DNA of 52,898 bases from a virus (IMGVR_UViG_3300036832_000092:1-52898), one strand, 5' to 3'. Shown: positions 27,001 through 37,238, counted from the first letter of the stretch. Translations and numbers: made by a program. The notes: generated by a model not told the origin, from the sequence alone.

Positions 27001-27732
27001 ATGAAGATATACCTTCCATTTGACAATGTTGACAAGAATGTGTTGGTGTTGTCTGAACATGATCTTGGACACCAACGCAATTGTTGCCTGACGATTCTGG
27101 AGTCTCTCGCGAGTGGCAAAGGATGGACTTGGCATCCAGGCGTCAACATGTGGTATGGTAGCGAGCAATTGCTTGCCCAAATCGCGTACAAGATCAATGA
27201 AGAATGGGCCCAGCAATCCGCCATATCACTTGGTGAAGAGCGTCGCGCATTCAATGGATTGGTCAAGGTATATCATCAAATCTTGACTGACCTTGGATTT
27301 GACATTCGCACCATCATTGCGATCACTCCAGATACGCCATGGTGGTGGGGACATCAGAGGTTCCATCAGGGCGAGAAGTCCATGCTGGTGCGGCATGATC
27401 CTGAATGGTATCGTCAGTTCTTCCCCAAGATGGACAATACGCTCTGTGAGTGGTGGCCCAGATTCTCCAAAGATAAATGGGTGTACGGTCCACACATTGG
27501 CCCCACTGGGGATTGCGCAGAATATGAACTTGACGACAAACCAATACTAAGACCAGTGCGGGGGATGAGTAAGAAAGAGTTTGCCGCTCATGCAAATCGT
27601 TACCACAACCTATTGGGTAGTGGTAACAAGATGCGCATTTCAGACAATGAACCAATCATGGACTCACTTAGGGTGTTACATGATCGCTTCCATCAGAAGC
27701 GCCTCTACCAGACTCATGATCATGTATCATAA
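27001..27732 (+). CDS. Pyrimidine-dimer glycosylase/endonuclease V-like (MSMEG_6728-like) protein
   Basis: YLPF..VL...LGHQR..IL..GW.WHPGVNMW.G..PWWWG..FH..LVRHDPEWY. Confidence 0.75.
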   Translation: MKIYLPFDNVDKNVLVLSEHDLGHQRNCCLTILESLASGKGWTWHPGVNMWYGSEQLLAQIAYKINEEWAQQSAISLGEERRAFNGLVKVYHQILTDLGFDIRTIIAITPDTPWWWGHQRFHQGEKSMLVRHDPEWYRQFFPKMDNTLCEWWPRFSKDKWVYGPHIGPTGDCAEYELDDKPILRPVRGMSKKEFAAHANRYHNLLGSGNKMRISDNEPIMDSLRVLHDRFHQKRLYQTHDHVS

Positions 27733-27743
27733 GGGATTCGTCA

Positions 27744-28538
27744 ATGGATATTGCCATATTGGGCTGCGGTCCAGCAGGATTGCTTGCCGCGCATGCAGGT
27801 AGGTTACTCGGACATGAGGTGATGATATTCAGCAAGAAGCAACGATCGCAGATGCGTGGGGCTCAATACATGCATCATCACATACCAGGATTACCCACTG
27901 AGGCATCTGTCAAGCTCGCATATGTATTGCATGGGGAAATTGACTCATACCGTACCAAAGTGTATGGCGACAATACATATGATGATATTGCAGTTAGCCC
28001 ACAACTATTCGTTGGTTTCCATGAGGCTTGGAACATCAGGCAGGCATACAATACCTTATGGAAGAAGTACAATGGCCTGATTGTCAATACCAGCATTACG
28101 CAAGACATTTTACATCGCATTGTCGGCGGATTCGACGTCTGTCTCTCAACCATCCCCGCACCTCTGCTGTGCTACCAAAACCATCAATTCCATGACGTCA
28201 AAGTCTGGATTGATAATACGTGGCATGGCCCAGATCCTGTTATGAATCATGAGTATTATGGCACGCCGCATGTAGTGCTGTGTAATGGGTTGCCATATGA
28301 CAAACACCATGTACGACAGACCGGATGGTATCGTACATCACTCATCTACAGTCACGCCAACACCGAATGGATTTCCAAATCCGACGCCATTCCCACTACA
28401 GCAAAGCAAATCACAAAGCCATTGACGACGGATTGTGATTGCTGGCCAACTATCATCAGGGCTGGTAGATATGGGGAATGGCGCAAGGGTGTCCTCACCC
28501 ACAATGCATTTGAGACCGCATTAGAGGCATTCAATTGA
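27744..28538 (+). CDS. FAD/NAD(P)-dependent oxidoreductase
   Basis: N-terminal IAILGCGPAG Rossmann motif, GAQY.H, STIP, C-terminal GRYGEW. Confidence 0.85.
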   Translation: MDIAILGCGPAGLLAAHAGRLLGHEVMIFSKKQRSQMRGAQYMHHHIPGLPTEASVKLAYVLHGEIDSYRTKVYGDNTYDDIAVSPQLFVGFHEAWNIRQAYNTLWKKYNGLIVNTSITQDILHRIVGGFDVCLSTIPAPLLCYQNHQFHDVKVWIDNTWHGPDPVMNHEYYGTPHVVLCNGLPYDKHHVRQTGWYRTSLIYSHANTEWISKSDAIPTTAKQITKPLTTDCDCWPTIIRAGRYGEWRKGVLTHNAFETALEAFN

Positions 28539-29194
28539 ACAAAACGCATCATCGCGTTGATGATTCAATTTACCAAGATGGATTGATTGTAGCCGTTGAT
28601 GTTGATGGCACACTTGGCGATCACTACACCCATCTGATCAATTTCGCTTCAATGTGGCTTGGACGCGACGTCAAATATGACCCTAGTGCGGGATGGCCTG
28701 ATGGCGCGACAAAGTTTCAGTTTGCGCGTGCGCTTGGTGTAAGCAAGGCAACGTATCGCAAGATCAAATTGGCGTATCGTCAAGGAGGCATGAAGCGTTC
28801 AATGCCTGTATATGACGGCGCTGCCGAATTGACTCGTGAGATACGGCGCATGAATGTGCAGTTATGGATATGTACATCAAGGCCATATCTGAAGTTCGAT
28901 GAGATTGACCCGGATACAAGGCATTGGTTGCGTATCAATCGGATTCAATATGACAGCTTGTTGTACGGTGACTTCAAATACCGCGACTTGTCCAAGCGTG
29001 TAGGTGCTGAGAATGTGGTTGTGGCGTTTGATGATTTACCAGAAATGTGCAATCAAGCAATCCATAACAAATTGGAGGTATTGCTCATAGAACGACCTCA
29101 CAATGAGAACAGACCAGCAGTACCAAGCTATCCATCAGTCAGCAATTTGTACCAGGCCCAAGATCGAATCAAGGAGCTCATACGTGGACATTAG
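28535..29194 (+). CDS. HAD-superfamily 5'(3')-deoxyribonucleotidase-like phosphatase
   Basis: DVDGTL, CTSR, FDD motifs. Confidence 0.85.
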   Translation: MNKTHHRVDDSIYQDGLIVAVDVDGTLGDHYTHLINFASMWLGRDVKYDPSAGWPDGATKFQFARALGVSKATYRKIKLAYRQGGMKRSMPVYDGAAELTREIRRMNVQLWICTSRPYLKFDEIDPDTRHWLRINRIQYDSLLYGDFKYRDLSKRVGAENVVVAFDDLPEMCNQAIHNKLEVLLIERPHNENRPAVPSYPSVSNLYQAQDRIKELIRGH

Positions 29195-29693
29195 CCCCAA
29201 CATCAGGCAGCCATACAAGCCAGCAGGATTCGCAAGCGATCTTGAATACATCGAGCGCGTCTTGCTACCAGAATGGTTTGATGAATTCAGAATCAAGAAT
29301 GCCGACTATGGAGATGATAGCGGCAAGCTTGGTGTGATGGGTGGCTTTACAGATTTGTGGCGCAAGATTCATAAGCTCAAGCGATCAGTTTGGGATGGCC
29401 AAGAACTCCATGGCGAGCAGACAAGAGAGATTGTCATGGATATGATTGGCCACGCATTTCTGCTGGTAGTCGATCTTGATGGTTTTGATCAAGCGTTGAC
29501 ATACCAGAACACAAGTATTGACGAGGTCAAGCAACAGCCAACGCCGACTGATGATGTGCGTTGTGAGCGAATGGCATTCGGCACAAGATGTAATCTGGAT
29601 GTAGGGCATGATGGCTTCCATGTCTACAAGAATGCCAAGCAGACGGATGGTCCAATTCAGATGGACTTGGTTGAGGACTACGATCACTCATGA
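29184..29693 (+). CDS. Nucleotide modification-associated domain protein (DUF1599-like)
   Basis: KNADYG..KIHKLK..DMIGHA motif; AAGGAG RBS before GTG 29184. Confidence 0.7.
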   Translation: MDISPNIRQPYKPAGFASDLEYIERVLLPEWFDEFRIKNADYGDDSGKLGVMGGFTDLWRKIHKLKRSVWDGQELHGEQTREIVMDMIGHAFLLVVDLDGFDQALTYQNTSIDEVKQQPTPTDDVRCERMAFGTRCNLDVGHDGFHVYKNAKQTDGPIQMDLVEDYDHS

Positions 29694-30346
29694 CGAATGT
29701 GCTTGTAATTGGCGGCACCACCAGAGGGATTGGCAGAAGTTTCGTCAAGCATAGCAAGTCGTGCAACTACAAGTTGTTCGTGCCAAATCCAGAGATATTC
29801 GACGTTCGCAGCAGCAAGAGTGTTCATCAATGGTTTGATGAACATCCGCAGATGGACTACACTCTGTACTGCGCAGGTGTCAAGATCCTTTCTTGGATCA
29901 AAGACTTGGACATTCACGCCATACGTGAATCGTTTGACGTCAATGTCATAGGATTCACCAATGTGCTGCGTGAGATCATTAGCCAACAAAGCCATGGACG
30001 CATCTGTGCTATTACAAGCAGTGCGGCAGTACATCCCATGCGTACCAGCATTGATTACTGCTCAAGCAAGGCAGCGCTTGAGATGGCCATACACGTCGCA
30101 GCACGAGAGTTGTCAGAATGGCATATCACAGGCATCAGGCCAACCGTTGTTGCGGATACTGAAATGACCCAAATGGACATTGAGACCATCAGCAAATTGC
30201 GGGGATGGACGGAGGGACAGACATTGCTAGAAATGGGAACGATGCTACACTCGGCAGACGTGGCCGATGTCGCACACTGGCTACTATTCTCATCCCCGCA
30301 TTCCATGTCTGGCAGCATTCTTGATATCGGAACGGCACTAGCATGA
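29690..30346 (+). CDS. Short-chain dehydrogenase/reductase
   Basis: GGTTRGIG, AGV, SS, YCSSK catalytic motif. Confidence 0.9.
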   Translation: MTNVLVIGGTTRGIGRSFVKHSKSCNYKLFVPNPEIFDVRSSKSVHQWFDEHPQMDYTLYCAGVKILSWIKDLDIHAIRESFDVNVIGFTNVLREIISQQSHGRICAITSSAAVHPMRTSIDYCSSKAALEMAIHVAARELSEWHITGIRPTVVADTEMTQMDIETISKLRGWTEGQTLLEMGTMLHSADVADVAHWLLFSSPHSMSGSILDIGTALA

Positions 30347-31035
30347 CACTTGAGAGCGTCACATTGTCAATGCCCGATGGCTGGTGGAATGAACTGCCAG
30401 AGAACCCATATGGGCCAGACTTTGGTCAAATGGCGTTGTATTGCCGAACGCCAGAGATTGTAGAGGACATAATTGAGAAGGGTCGTGAGATGGGCTATGA
30501 CGATTGGGTCACAGACATAGCACGGCATCGTGGTGAAATCCTCGACACAGACCATCAGCAATTCGTCATCAAGCCAATTGTAATTGATGCCTTTATGGCA
30601 TTCAATTACGATCTCATCCAAGGTGTTGAGTTTGAGTTGATGTCGTGGAGACATGTCCATGACTCGCCTCTTCATCAGCATTACTTTGAGCAAAATGGCT
30701 ATGTACCTGTCATGACGTATCGTGTTGAATGCGTGTTCACAGAACAAGATCGTTTGTTCAGAGAGTTTGGCATGCGGCCTTGCTATCGGTTCACGACTGT
30801 CTCGCATGAAAATCCAAATGTGTTTGGGCGCGCAAGGTATCGTGATACGATGTATGATACGTATGATGAACTTGGCTACAATTTGCGATGCTGTGCGCGA
30901 ATACCGCATGAGCCGTACTTTGTAGTGCCAAGGGGCAGTGGTGTCGAATTGAACCCACATTATTGGGGACATGAGATCAGCGACTCAGAGCTCATAGACG
31001 GCATATGGTACAGACATGGATGGGAGCCCAAGTGA
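30343..31035 (+). CDS. Hypothetical protein, possible VOC/glyoxalase-like fold
   Basis: QMAL..W..AFNY..VEFELM..YDT..LGYNL pattern recalls VOC epimerases; weak. Confidence 0.45.
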   Translation: MTLESVTLSMPDGWWNELPENPYGPDFGQMALYCRTPEIVEDIIEKGREMGYDDWVTDIARHRGEILDTDHQQFVIKPIVIDAFMAFNYDLIQGVEFELMSWRHVHDSPLHQHYFEQNGYVPVMTYRVECVFTEQDRLFREFGMRPCYRFTTVSHENPNVFGRARYRDTMYDTYDELGYNLRCCARIPHEPYFVVPRGSGVELNPHYWGHEISDSELIDGIWYRHGWEPK

Positions 31036-31298
31036 CATTACAAGATCGTAAAGAGTTGTTTGTCCAGTTGACAATTATGGAGGCGCTCCATTTGGCGCAA
31101 CATCGAATTGAAGTTGCTGGCTTTGAGCAGAGCTTGACTGACCTAATGACCAGAATTACCAATACATTCGGCAAACAGCGAGAGCCAAAGACAACAATTC
31201 GCGTGGACCTGTACAGTATCATGGATAAATGTGAAGTGCCGCCATGGCGTCAAATGTTGGGCGTTATCAATCCCAATGAGAAAATGGGTGACTACTGA
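31032..31298 (+). CDS. Hypothetical protein
   Basis: GGGAG RBS; GTGA overlap. Confidence 0.6.
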   Translation: MTLQDRKELFVQLTIMEALHLAQHRIEVAGFEQSLTDLMTRITNTFGKQREPKTTIRVDLYSIMDKCEVPPWRQMLGVINPNEKMGDY

Positions 31299-31498
31299 TG
31301 GCCGCATATCAAGTGGTAATCAAGTTGTTGCTACGGCAGAATGACAATCACCCAATCCCTGATGACGATGGTACATTCCTTGACGATCTTGAGGATGCAA
31401 TCTCAGATCATCTTGAGAATCAAGACATCGAGCTACATACTGGGCATTCGTTCACAATGGTAGTATCAGACATTGATATAGATGAAGATTCTGCATAG
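31298..31498 (+). CDS. Small acidic hypothetical protein
   Basis: TGATG coupling; 66 aa. Confidence 0.6.
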   Translation: MAAYQVVIKLLLRQNDNHPIPDDDGTFLDDLEDAISDHLENQDIELHTGHSFTMVVSDIDIDEDSA

Positions 31499-31666
31499 GC
31501 TAAAAGTTGTGAGCCGCCAAATCAGCCCTAAGAGAAGTCGATCTTAGTCAGTCCGTTAGGACTGCCATTGACTGAAATGCTCTTACGCAGCGATACAAGT
31601 ACCGGCAACAAGGCTTTACGCTCGGCGCCCAGCCGGAGTCTCGCCGATCGGAACTAGTTGGGAAGT

Positions 31667-34600
31667 ATGACGATGAGAACTGACTTTGTGAGCCTACATA
31701 CGCACACGACATATAGTTATGGCGATGGCTATGGGCAGCCAGATGACTATGTTGAGCGGGCAATGGAACTTGGAATGCCCGCAATTGCATTTACAGAGCA
31801 CGGCAATGTCAGTTCACATGTCAAGCTTGAGATTGCTTGCCAAGATACAGGCATCAAGCCGATGTATGGTTGTGAGTTGTACACGCGCGATGAGCCCAGC
31901 AAACACAAATTCCATCTGGGTGTATTGGCAATGGATCTGTCCGGCTATCGCAATCTACTGCGATTGGTCACAGCTTCATGGTCAAACTTCTACTACTTCC
32001 CCACGACAACGTCAAAGATGGTAGACAGGTATGGTGAGGGACTCATCTTCTTGTCTGGTTGCCTGGGCTCGGCAATGGCGTGCAAATCCATGGGCGGCAA
32101 GGACATTCCTGAGCACGACGCATTGGGAATTGAGGCAGCGCTCAAGGTCGCCAAATCTATGCAAGATCGTTTAGGTGATCGGTACTACCTTGAGTTGCAG
32201 GCATTCCCAGAGCTCAAGAAGACACACAAGTACAATCAAATGCTCATAGAGGTCAGTCATAGACTCGGCATCAAATGCGTTGTCACCCTCGACGCGCACT
32301 ATCCCCGCATAGACAAGCAGCGTATGCATGCGATTGTACACGCAATTGCTCGTGGTGGCCAAGAGAAGAAAACAGTTGACCAAATTGAGAGTGAATGGGA
32401 TTACAGCGTCCCAATGACGTTGTTTGGTCGACAAGATGCCGGCAAGCGATTGTTGGCTACAGGCATCGACAAGATTGAAGTTATCAAGGCACTTGATCAC
32501 ACTGTCGAAGTTGCTGATCGTTGTACGGTGATGCTCCCAAAAGGTAGCCCAGTCAAGTACCCATTACCATCCGGAGTCAAATCTGCTGAGGAGTTACTAT
32601 GGAGCAAATTGCGGGAGGGCTGGCGATACCGCCGGTTCAAGCGTGATGATAATGAGGCATTAGAACGACTCAAGCGAGAAATGACTCTCATAGTAGACAA
32701 GGGATTCGCAGATTACTTCTTGATGATGAATGACGTCATCTCATGGGCAAAGGATAATCAAATTGTCGTCGGTCCTGGTCGTGGTAGTGCAGCAGCCTCA
32801 CTGGTGTGTTATCTGTTGCGCATCACTGAAGTCAATCCCATGCAATTCAAACAGATGTACTTTGAGCGATTCCTTGACCCCAACAGATTCGACGCACCAG
32901 ATATTGACCTTGACTTTGATGATGAGCGCAGAGATGAGATCAGGCGGTATTTGGTACGCAAATTCGGGAGCAAGTATGTTGGTAATATAGGCACGTACAC
33001 TACCTGGCGAGGCAAGAATGCGATAGATGACATCGCCAGAGTTACCAGAGTGCCTATGTTTGAGAGCTCAAGGTTGAAGGAATTCATCATTGAGCGATCA
33101 TCTGGTGACTCGCGTGCTGGCAAAACACTCATTGACTCAGTGACGCAATTTCCATTAGCAAACGACATCATTGAGCGCAATCCAAGTCTGCGTGATGCGT
33201 TTCAACTGGAGGGCATGCTCAAGGGTATGGGTGTACACGCTGCTGGTATCGTCGTTGCGGCAGAGCCATTGACTGATACCGTCGCATTGTACAGTCGTGA
33301 ATTATCGGCGCAGAGCTCTGGTGGAGCTAAGCGCAAGGTCAGTGTGCTGAGTGTCGATAAGGATGACATCAAACACTTAGGAATGCTCAAGCTAGATATG
33401 CTTGGTCTGGCAACTCTGGGAATGATCAAGCATTGCCTCAAGATGACAGACATGTCTCTCAACGATTTGTACGCGATTGATATACATGATGAACGTGTAA
33501 TTGATGCGTTCAGACGCGGCGATGTACGCGGCATCTTCCAGTATGAGGGACGCACTACTCGCATGGTCAACTCGCAACTCAAGCCTGACACATTCCAGGA
33601 ATTGGTTGACGTCAATGCGTTATCTCGACCAGGCCCATTCCACTCAGGCTCAACGCTCGACTACATCAACCAGAAGTGGGGTAAGTGGGAACGATCTGAT
33701 GATCGCAATGCGTGGACTTATAATGAAGCAGTTGAGCGCATCTGTGGCTATACCAAATTCCAGATCATCTACCAGGAGCAATTGCTGGCAATTTGTAGGG
33801 AAATTGGTGGCTTCAGTTGGGCTGATACTGCCAAGGTAAGGCACATCATTGCATGGAAATATGGCGATGCGGCATTCAATGCGTACAAAGGCCAATTTGT
33901 TGAAGGCGCAATGAGCAATGGGATGGATCCAAAGCTGGCAGAAACGATCTTCAACAGAATGACTACAGCCGGTAACTATGCATTCAACCTTGCGCATTCA
34001 GTCAGCTATAGCATGCTTGGTCAATGGGCGATGTGGTTCAAGCAATACCATCCTGACGTGTTCTACGCAGCCACACTCCGCAAGACCGCCTCAGACAAAT
34101 GGGCTGCGCTAATGCGAGACGCCATGGACCCCAAATACTTCAGCAAGCGTGGTGTTGATGGATTACACGACGATGGAAAGCCAGTAACCATTGGGAATGT
34201 CGACATTGATCTGTCTGATGTGACTTGGGGTCGTGATGAAACTGGCCATCGACTCATACCAGGCTTCAGTCAGATACCAGGCATAGGTATCAAGCTAGCC
34301 AAGCAAATCTGCGCAGAGCGTACAATCGCATGGGGCGATGGCGATGAATGGTCAATTAGAGATGTAGCCGCAGTGCGAGGCATTGGGCCAAAGAAGCTTG
34401 AGCTCATTGAGGGTTGGGCAAACGCCAAAGATCCTTTCAACGTCAATCGCCTACATGGCTTGCTTGAGGAAGTGCGGGGACTGCTGAGGAACGGGCAGTT
34501 GATTGACGTACATGGGACAATGTTGCCTTCAGCAACGCACAGAGCAGAAGAATTGCCATTCGATCTTGGCGTACAATTCATTGACGGCTCTGGGAATGCG

Positions 34601-34939
34601 ACGTGGGGACAAGATCGCGGAATGCCTGTTGTGTGGATTGGTCGCGTACATGGACGCAACTTGCGTGATCTGTTTGAGGAGCATCGTACAAGAGAAGGTG
34701 AGGAATTAGACCCAACAACAATACGTGACCCTGACAAGAAGCATTCAATGATGCTGTATGCGTATGATGACACAGATGAGGTCAATGTGCGCATCAATCG
34801 CTACAAATTCAGCGGCTTCAAGGATTTGCTCATGAAAGTCAGGCTTGACTATGACTTGCTTGTAGTCAGGGGATACAAGAACAGATCATTTGGTCGCAAG
34901 ATCGAAGTTGACGATATGTGGGTGATTGATCCTGAGTGA
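31667..34939 (+). CDS. dnaE: DNA polymerase III alpha subunit (family C)
   Basis: PHP domain LHTHTTYS..DG, GPGRGSAA, PDIDLDF, HAAG, KLDMLGL, YAFNLAH. Confidence 0.96.
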   Translation: MTMRTDFVSLHTHTTYSYGDGYGQPDDYVERAMELGMPAIAFTEHGNVSSHVKLEIACQDTGIKPMYGCELYTRDEPSKHKFHLGVLAMDLSGYRNLLRLVTASWSNFYYFPTTTSKMVDRYGEGLIFLSGCLGSAMACKSMGGKDIPEHDALGIEAALKVAKSMQDRLGDRYYLELQAFPELKKTHKYNQMLIEVSHRLGIKCVVTLDAHYPRIDKQRMHAIVHAIARGGQEKKTVDQIESEWDYSVPMTLFGRQDAGKRLLATGIDKIEVIKALDHTVEVADRCTVMLPKGSPVKYPLPSGVKSAEELLWSKLREGWRYRRFKRDDNEALERLKREMTLIVDKGFADYFLMMNDVISWAKDNQIVVGPGRGSAAASLVCYLLRITEVNPMQFKQMYFERFLDPNRFDAPDIDLDFDDERRDEIRRYLVRKFGSKYVGNIGTYTTWRGKNAIDDIARVTRVPMFESSRLKEFIIERSSGDSRAGKTLIDSVTQFPLANDIIERNPSLRDAFQLEGMLKGMGVHAAGIVVAAEPLTDTVALYSRELSAQSSGGAKRKVSVLSVDKDDIKHLGMLKLDMLGLATLGMIKHCLKMTDMSLNDLYAIDIHDERVIDAFRRGDVRGIFQYEGRTTRMVNSQLKPDTFQELVDVNALSRPGPFHSGSTLDYINQKWGKWERSDDRNAWTYNEAVERICGYTKFQIIYQEQLLAICREIGGFSWADTAKVRHIIAWKYGDAAFNAYKGQFVEGAMSNGMDPKLAETIFNRMTTAGNYAFNLAHSVSYSMLGQWAMWFKQYHPDVFYAATLRKTASDKWAALMRDAMDPKYFSKRGVDGLHDDGKPVTIGNVDIDLSDVTWGRDETGHRLIPGFSQIPGIGIKLAKQICAERTIAWGDGDEWSIRDVAAVRGIGPKKLELIEGWANAKDPFNVNRLHGLLEEVRGLLRNGQLIDVHGTMLPSATHRAEELPFDLGVQFIDGSGNATWGQDRGMPVVWIGRVHGRNLRDLFEEHRTREGEELDPTTIRDPDKKHSMMLYAYDDTDEVNVRINRYKFSGFKDLLMKVRLDYDLLVVRGYKNRSFGRKIEVDDMWVIDPE

Positions 34940-35116
34940 GATGCCGATGTGTGAGTGTGATTGGGTACCGTTCCATCATGGAGACCCGTGCAAGAATCTG
35001 GCTGCCGATCACAGTCCAGTAGTTGTATCACCTGCGTTGTGCATGCCTTGCTTGTATGTATGCACAAAAGAACAAGAAGATGCAGATGATGCCGAATGGG
35101 AAGAAATGGAGGGCAG

Positions 35117-35302
35117 ATGAAGTTTAGAATCACTGTACGCGGTGACGAATGTGAGCTGCGTGGCTACATTGTTGTTGGTGATGACACTGCAGGACTTGAT
35201 AAACTCGCCGAAGCAGTGAAGCCATTTGGGATTGTAATTGCTAGTCTTGCCAAGGATGACTATAATCCATTCACGCCGGAATTTGGAAAGGGTGATGGCT
35301 GA
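35117..35302 (+). CDS. Hypothetical protein
   Basis: GGAGG RBS before ATG 35117. Confidence 0.55.
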   Translation: MKFRITVRGDECELRGYIVVGDDTAGLDKLAEAVKPFGIVIASLAKDDYNPFTPEFGKGDG

Positions 35303-35612
35303 CTCCGGCGTCTCCCCGCAAGTCCATTGTCTGTACTCAAAAGATGGGAGGTGCTTGGATGGGAAATGCCCAAGCAACGCAGAGCGCATCTGCGTGAAGT
35401 ACGCAGCATATGATGCTCAGGTTATGGATGAACTTGAGCGTCAAGGCGCATTTGGTAAAGGCATCATTTCAAAAGAACAATTGCTAGAGGATTTGGGGTG
35501 GTCGCATTTGTATGAAAGACATACATGGCGTGATTGGGTGAATTGGCGCATGGCGTCAGTGGTGGTGACACTCGTTATCATCATTCTGCTATTGACAGGA
35601 GTGCTGCACTAA
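35295..35612 (+). CDS. Hypothetical protein with C-terminal TM helix
   Basis: Cys cluster plus VVVTLVIIILLLTGV. Confidence 0.55.
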   Translation: MADSGVSPQVHCLYSKDGRCLDGKCPSNAERICVKYAAYDAQVMDELERQGAFGKGIISKEQLLEDLGWSHLYERHTWRDWVNWRMASVVVTLVIIILLLTGVLH

Positions 35613-35797
35613 TGCCAATCAATAGACCAGACGATGGCGATCTTGACGATGGCCCCAAGCTTCGCAGTGCGGTGACGCATGAGAGCAATTGGGAACCAGG
35701 AGATCCATGTCACGTATGTGGATCAACGCAAACCTGGTGGACTGTTGATGATGGTGCGTGTTGTGGGAATTGTGGAGCGACTGATGCCGATGAATGA
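35612..35797 (+). CDS. Small Zn-ribbon protein
   Basis: AGGAG RBS; CHVC..CGNC. Confidence 0.55.
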   Translation: MPINRPDDGDLDDGPKLRSAVTHESNWEPGDPCHVCGSTQTWWTVDDGACCGNCGATDADE

Positions 35798-36005
35798 AGT
35801 CATACCTGGACCGCCAACAATTGCGGACATTGAGCACGCAATAGATGCGCTTGGATATGGTACACCGGAATACCATGAAGCGCTTGCATTCTATTGTATG
35901 ACTTTGGCACGCGCTCAATGGCGCAGAGCAGATATGGCAAGGAGGATTGAGAAAGCAAGATCGACTCGCACAACTCACAAGCAGAAAGGTACAGATGCCG
36001 AATGA
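35790..36005 (+). CDS. Hypothetical protein
   Basis: Overlaps neighbours; start uncertain. Confidence 0.5.
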   Translation: MNEVIPGPPTIADIEHAIDALGYGTPEYHEALAFYCMTLARAQWRRADMARRIEKARSTRTTHKQKGTDAE

Positions 36006-36190
36006 GCTATGTCGCACAACTGTTACCAGATGAGGCGCAGGCAAAGGTATTGAATCAGGCCATGATTGATTGGTTGCGCATACATACCAATGATGAAGTG
36101 ACGCCTGAGGAAGACATGGTAGCAATGCACTCGCTGTATGCCAAGTTCACCAATGACTGGCACCAACACAACATGAGGGAACGCGGATGA
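36002..36190 (+). CDS. Hypothetical protein
   Basis: ATGA overlaps on both sides. Confidence 0.55.
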   Translation: MSYVAQLLPDEAQAKVLNQAMIDWLRIHTNDEVTPEEDMVAMHSLYAKFTNDWHQHNMRERG

Positions 36191-37233
36191 ATCCTGACGA
36201 TGAAATGAAGGTTGCGCCCAGAATGGAAGAATGGCGCAAAGATGAGGGTCAATGGTCTCGCAAACCACACCAATTTGACGACAATCCGTTGTTGCGCGAT
36301 TTTGCATTCAATCGCGACAGCCACAATTATGCCGCAAATGGTGCCAAGATCGTTTCGCCATCGGCACAAAGTCAGAATCAGGTTGGCGTCGATGGGATTC
36401 AGGTCAGACTTATCCAAGGCTTGCCTCCAGAGCGCGAAGTTGCGCGCGTGATATGGAAGGGCAGGGCAGCAACGCGGGGGTTGGCGATAGGGCCAGACTC
36501 TGACGCGTTGATGGAGGATGAGATTGGCAACGACCCAGAGACTTGGCGCGAAATGTTCAAGGGCGGATTGCAAACCGCAATGGAGGCATTTGTCCTTGTC
36601 TTTGAAGTGAGCGGTGTAAGTCGCACAGCGACGCATCAAATGGTGCGGTCACGGCGCGCAGGCTTCCATCAACAATCACAACGCGCTGGCGCATATGTAA
36701 CTGATGATGGCAGAGGCGCCAATGTGCGAGTGCCTGAGTCTGTGTGGGATGTCATGAGTCGCAATCCTGATCTTGAAGATGCCTGGAATGCTGCGATTGC
36801 GCACGCACGACGGGCATATCGACTCGCATGCGACGCAGATGTATCGTATCAGGACGCAAGATTCATACTGCCAGAAGGTACAACCAACTACATCATCTGC
36901 GAATACTCGCTGCGTGAATTCCTTGCGGTATATGCGTATCGCGCATGCTCAATGTTCCAATGGGAAATCTGCCATGTAGTGCGAGCGATGGGCAACAGAT
37001 TGATTGAGCAATCGCCATGGCTCGTTGGTACCGGCGCACAACCCAAGATCTCATGCGAATTGACCGCGCCGCAAACCAGGTCTGTCGTGCTTGGTGATAG
37101 CGACAATGAGGTCGGCATTGAGCACTTTGAGCACGCTTGCACATTCCAGGGCTGGGAGAAAGTCGAAGGGCAATGTAGTCTCCCATGGGCCCATGAGGTC
37201 AATCGCACATTCAGGCCACACAAGAGCATCTGA
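36187..37233 (+). CDS. thyX: ThyX-like flavin-dependent thymidylate synthase, atypical
   Basis: GVSR..THQMVRSRx7SQR, DARFILP, QWEI motifs; canonical RHR appears as RSR. Confidence 0.8.
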   Translation: MNPDDEMKVAPRMEEWRKDEGQWSRKPHQFDDNPLLRDFAFNRDSHNYAANGAKIVSPSAQSQNQVGVDGIQVRLIQGLPPEREVARVIWKGRAATRGLAIGPDSDALMEDEIGNDPETWREMFKGGLQTAMEAFVLVFEVSGVSRTATHQMVRSRRAGFHQQSQRAGAYVTDDGRGANVRVPESVWDVMSRNPDLEDAWNAAIAHARRAYRLACDADVSYQDARFILPEGTTNYIICEYSLREFLAVYAYRACSMFQWEICHVVRAMGNRLIEQSPWLVGTGAQPKISCELTAPQTRSVVLGDSDNEVGIEHFEHACTFQGWEKVEGQCSLPWAHEVNRTFRPHKSI

Positions 37234-37238
37234 TTGTT

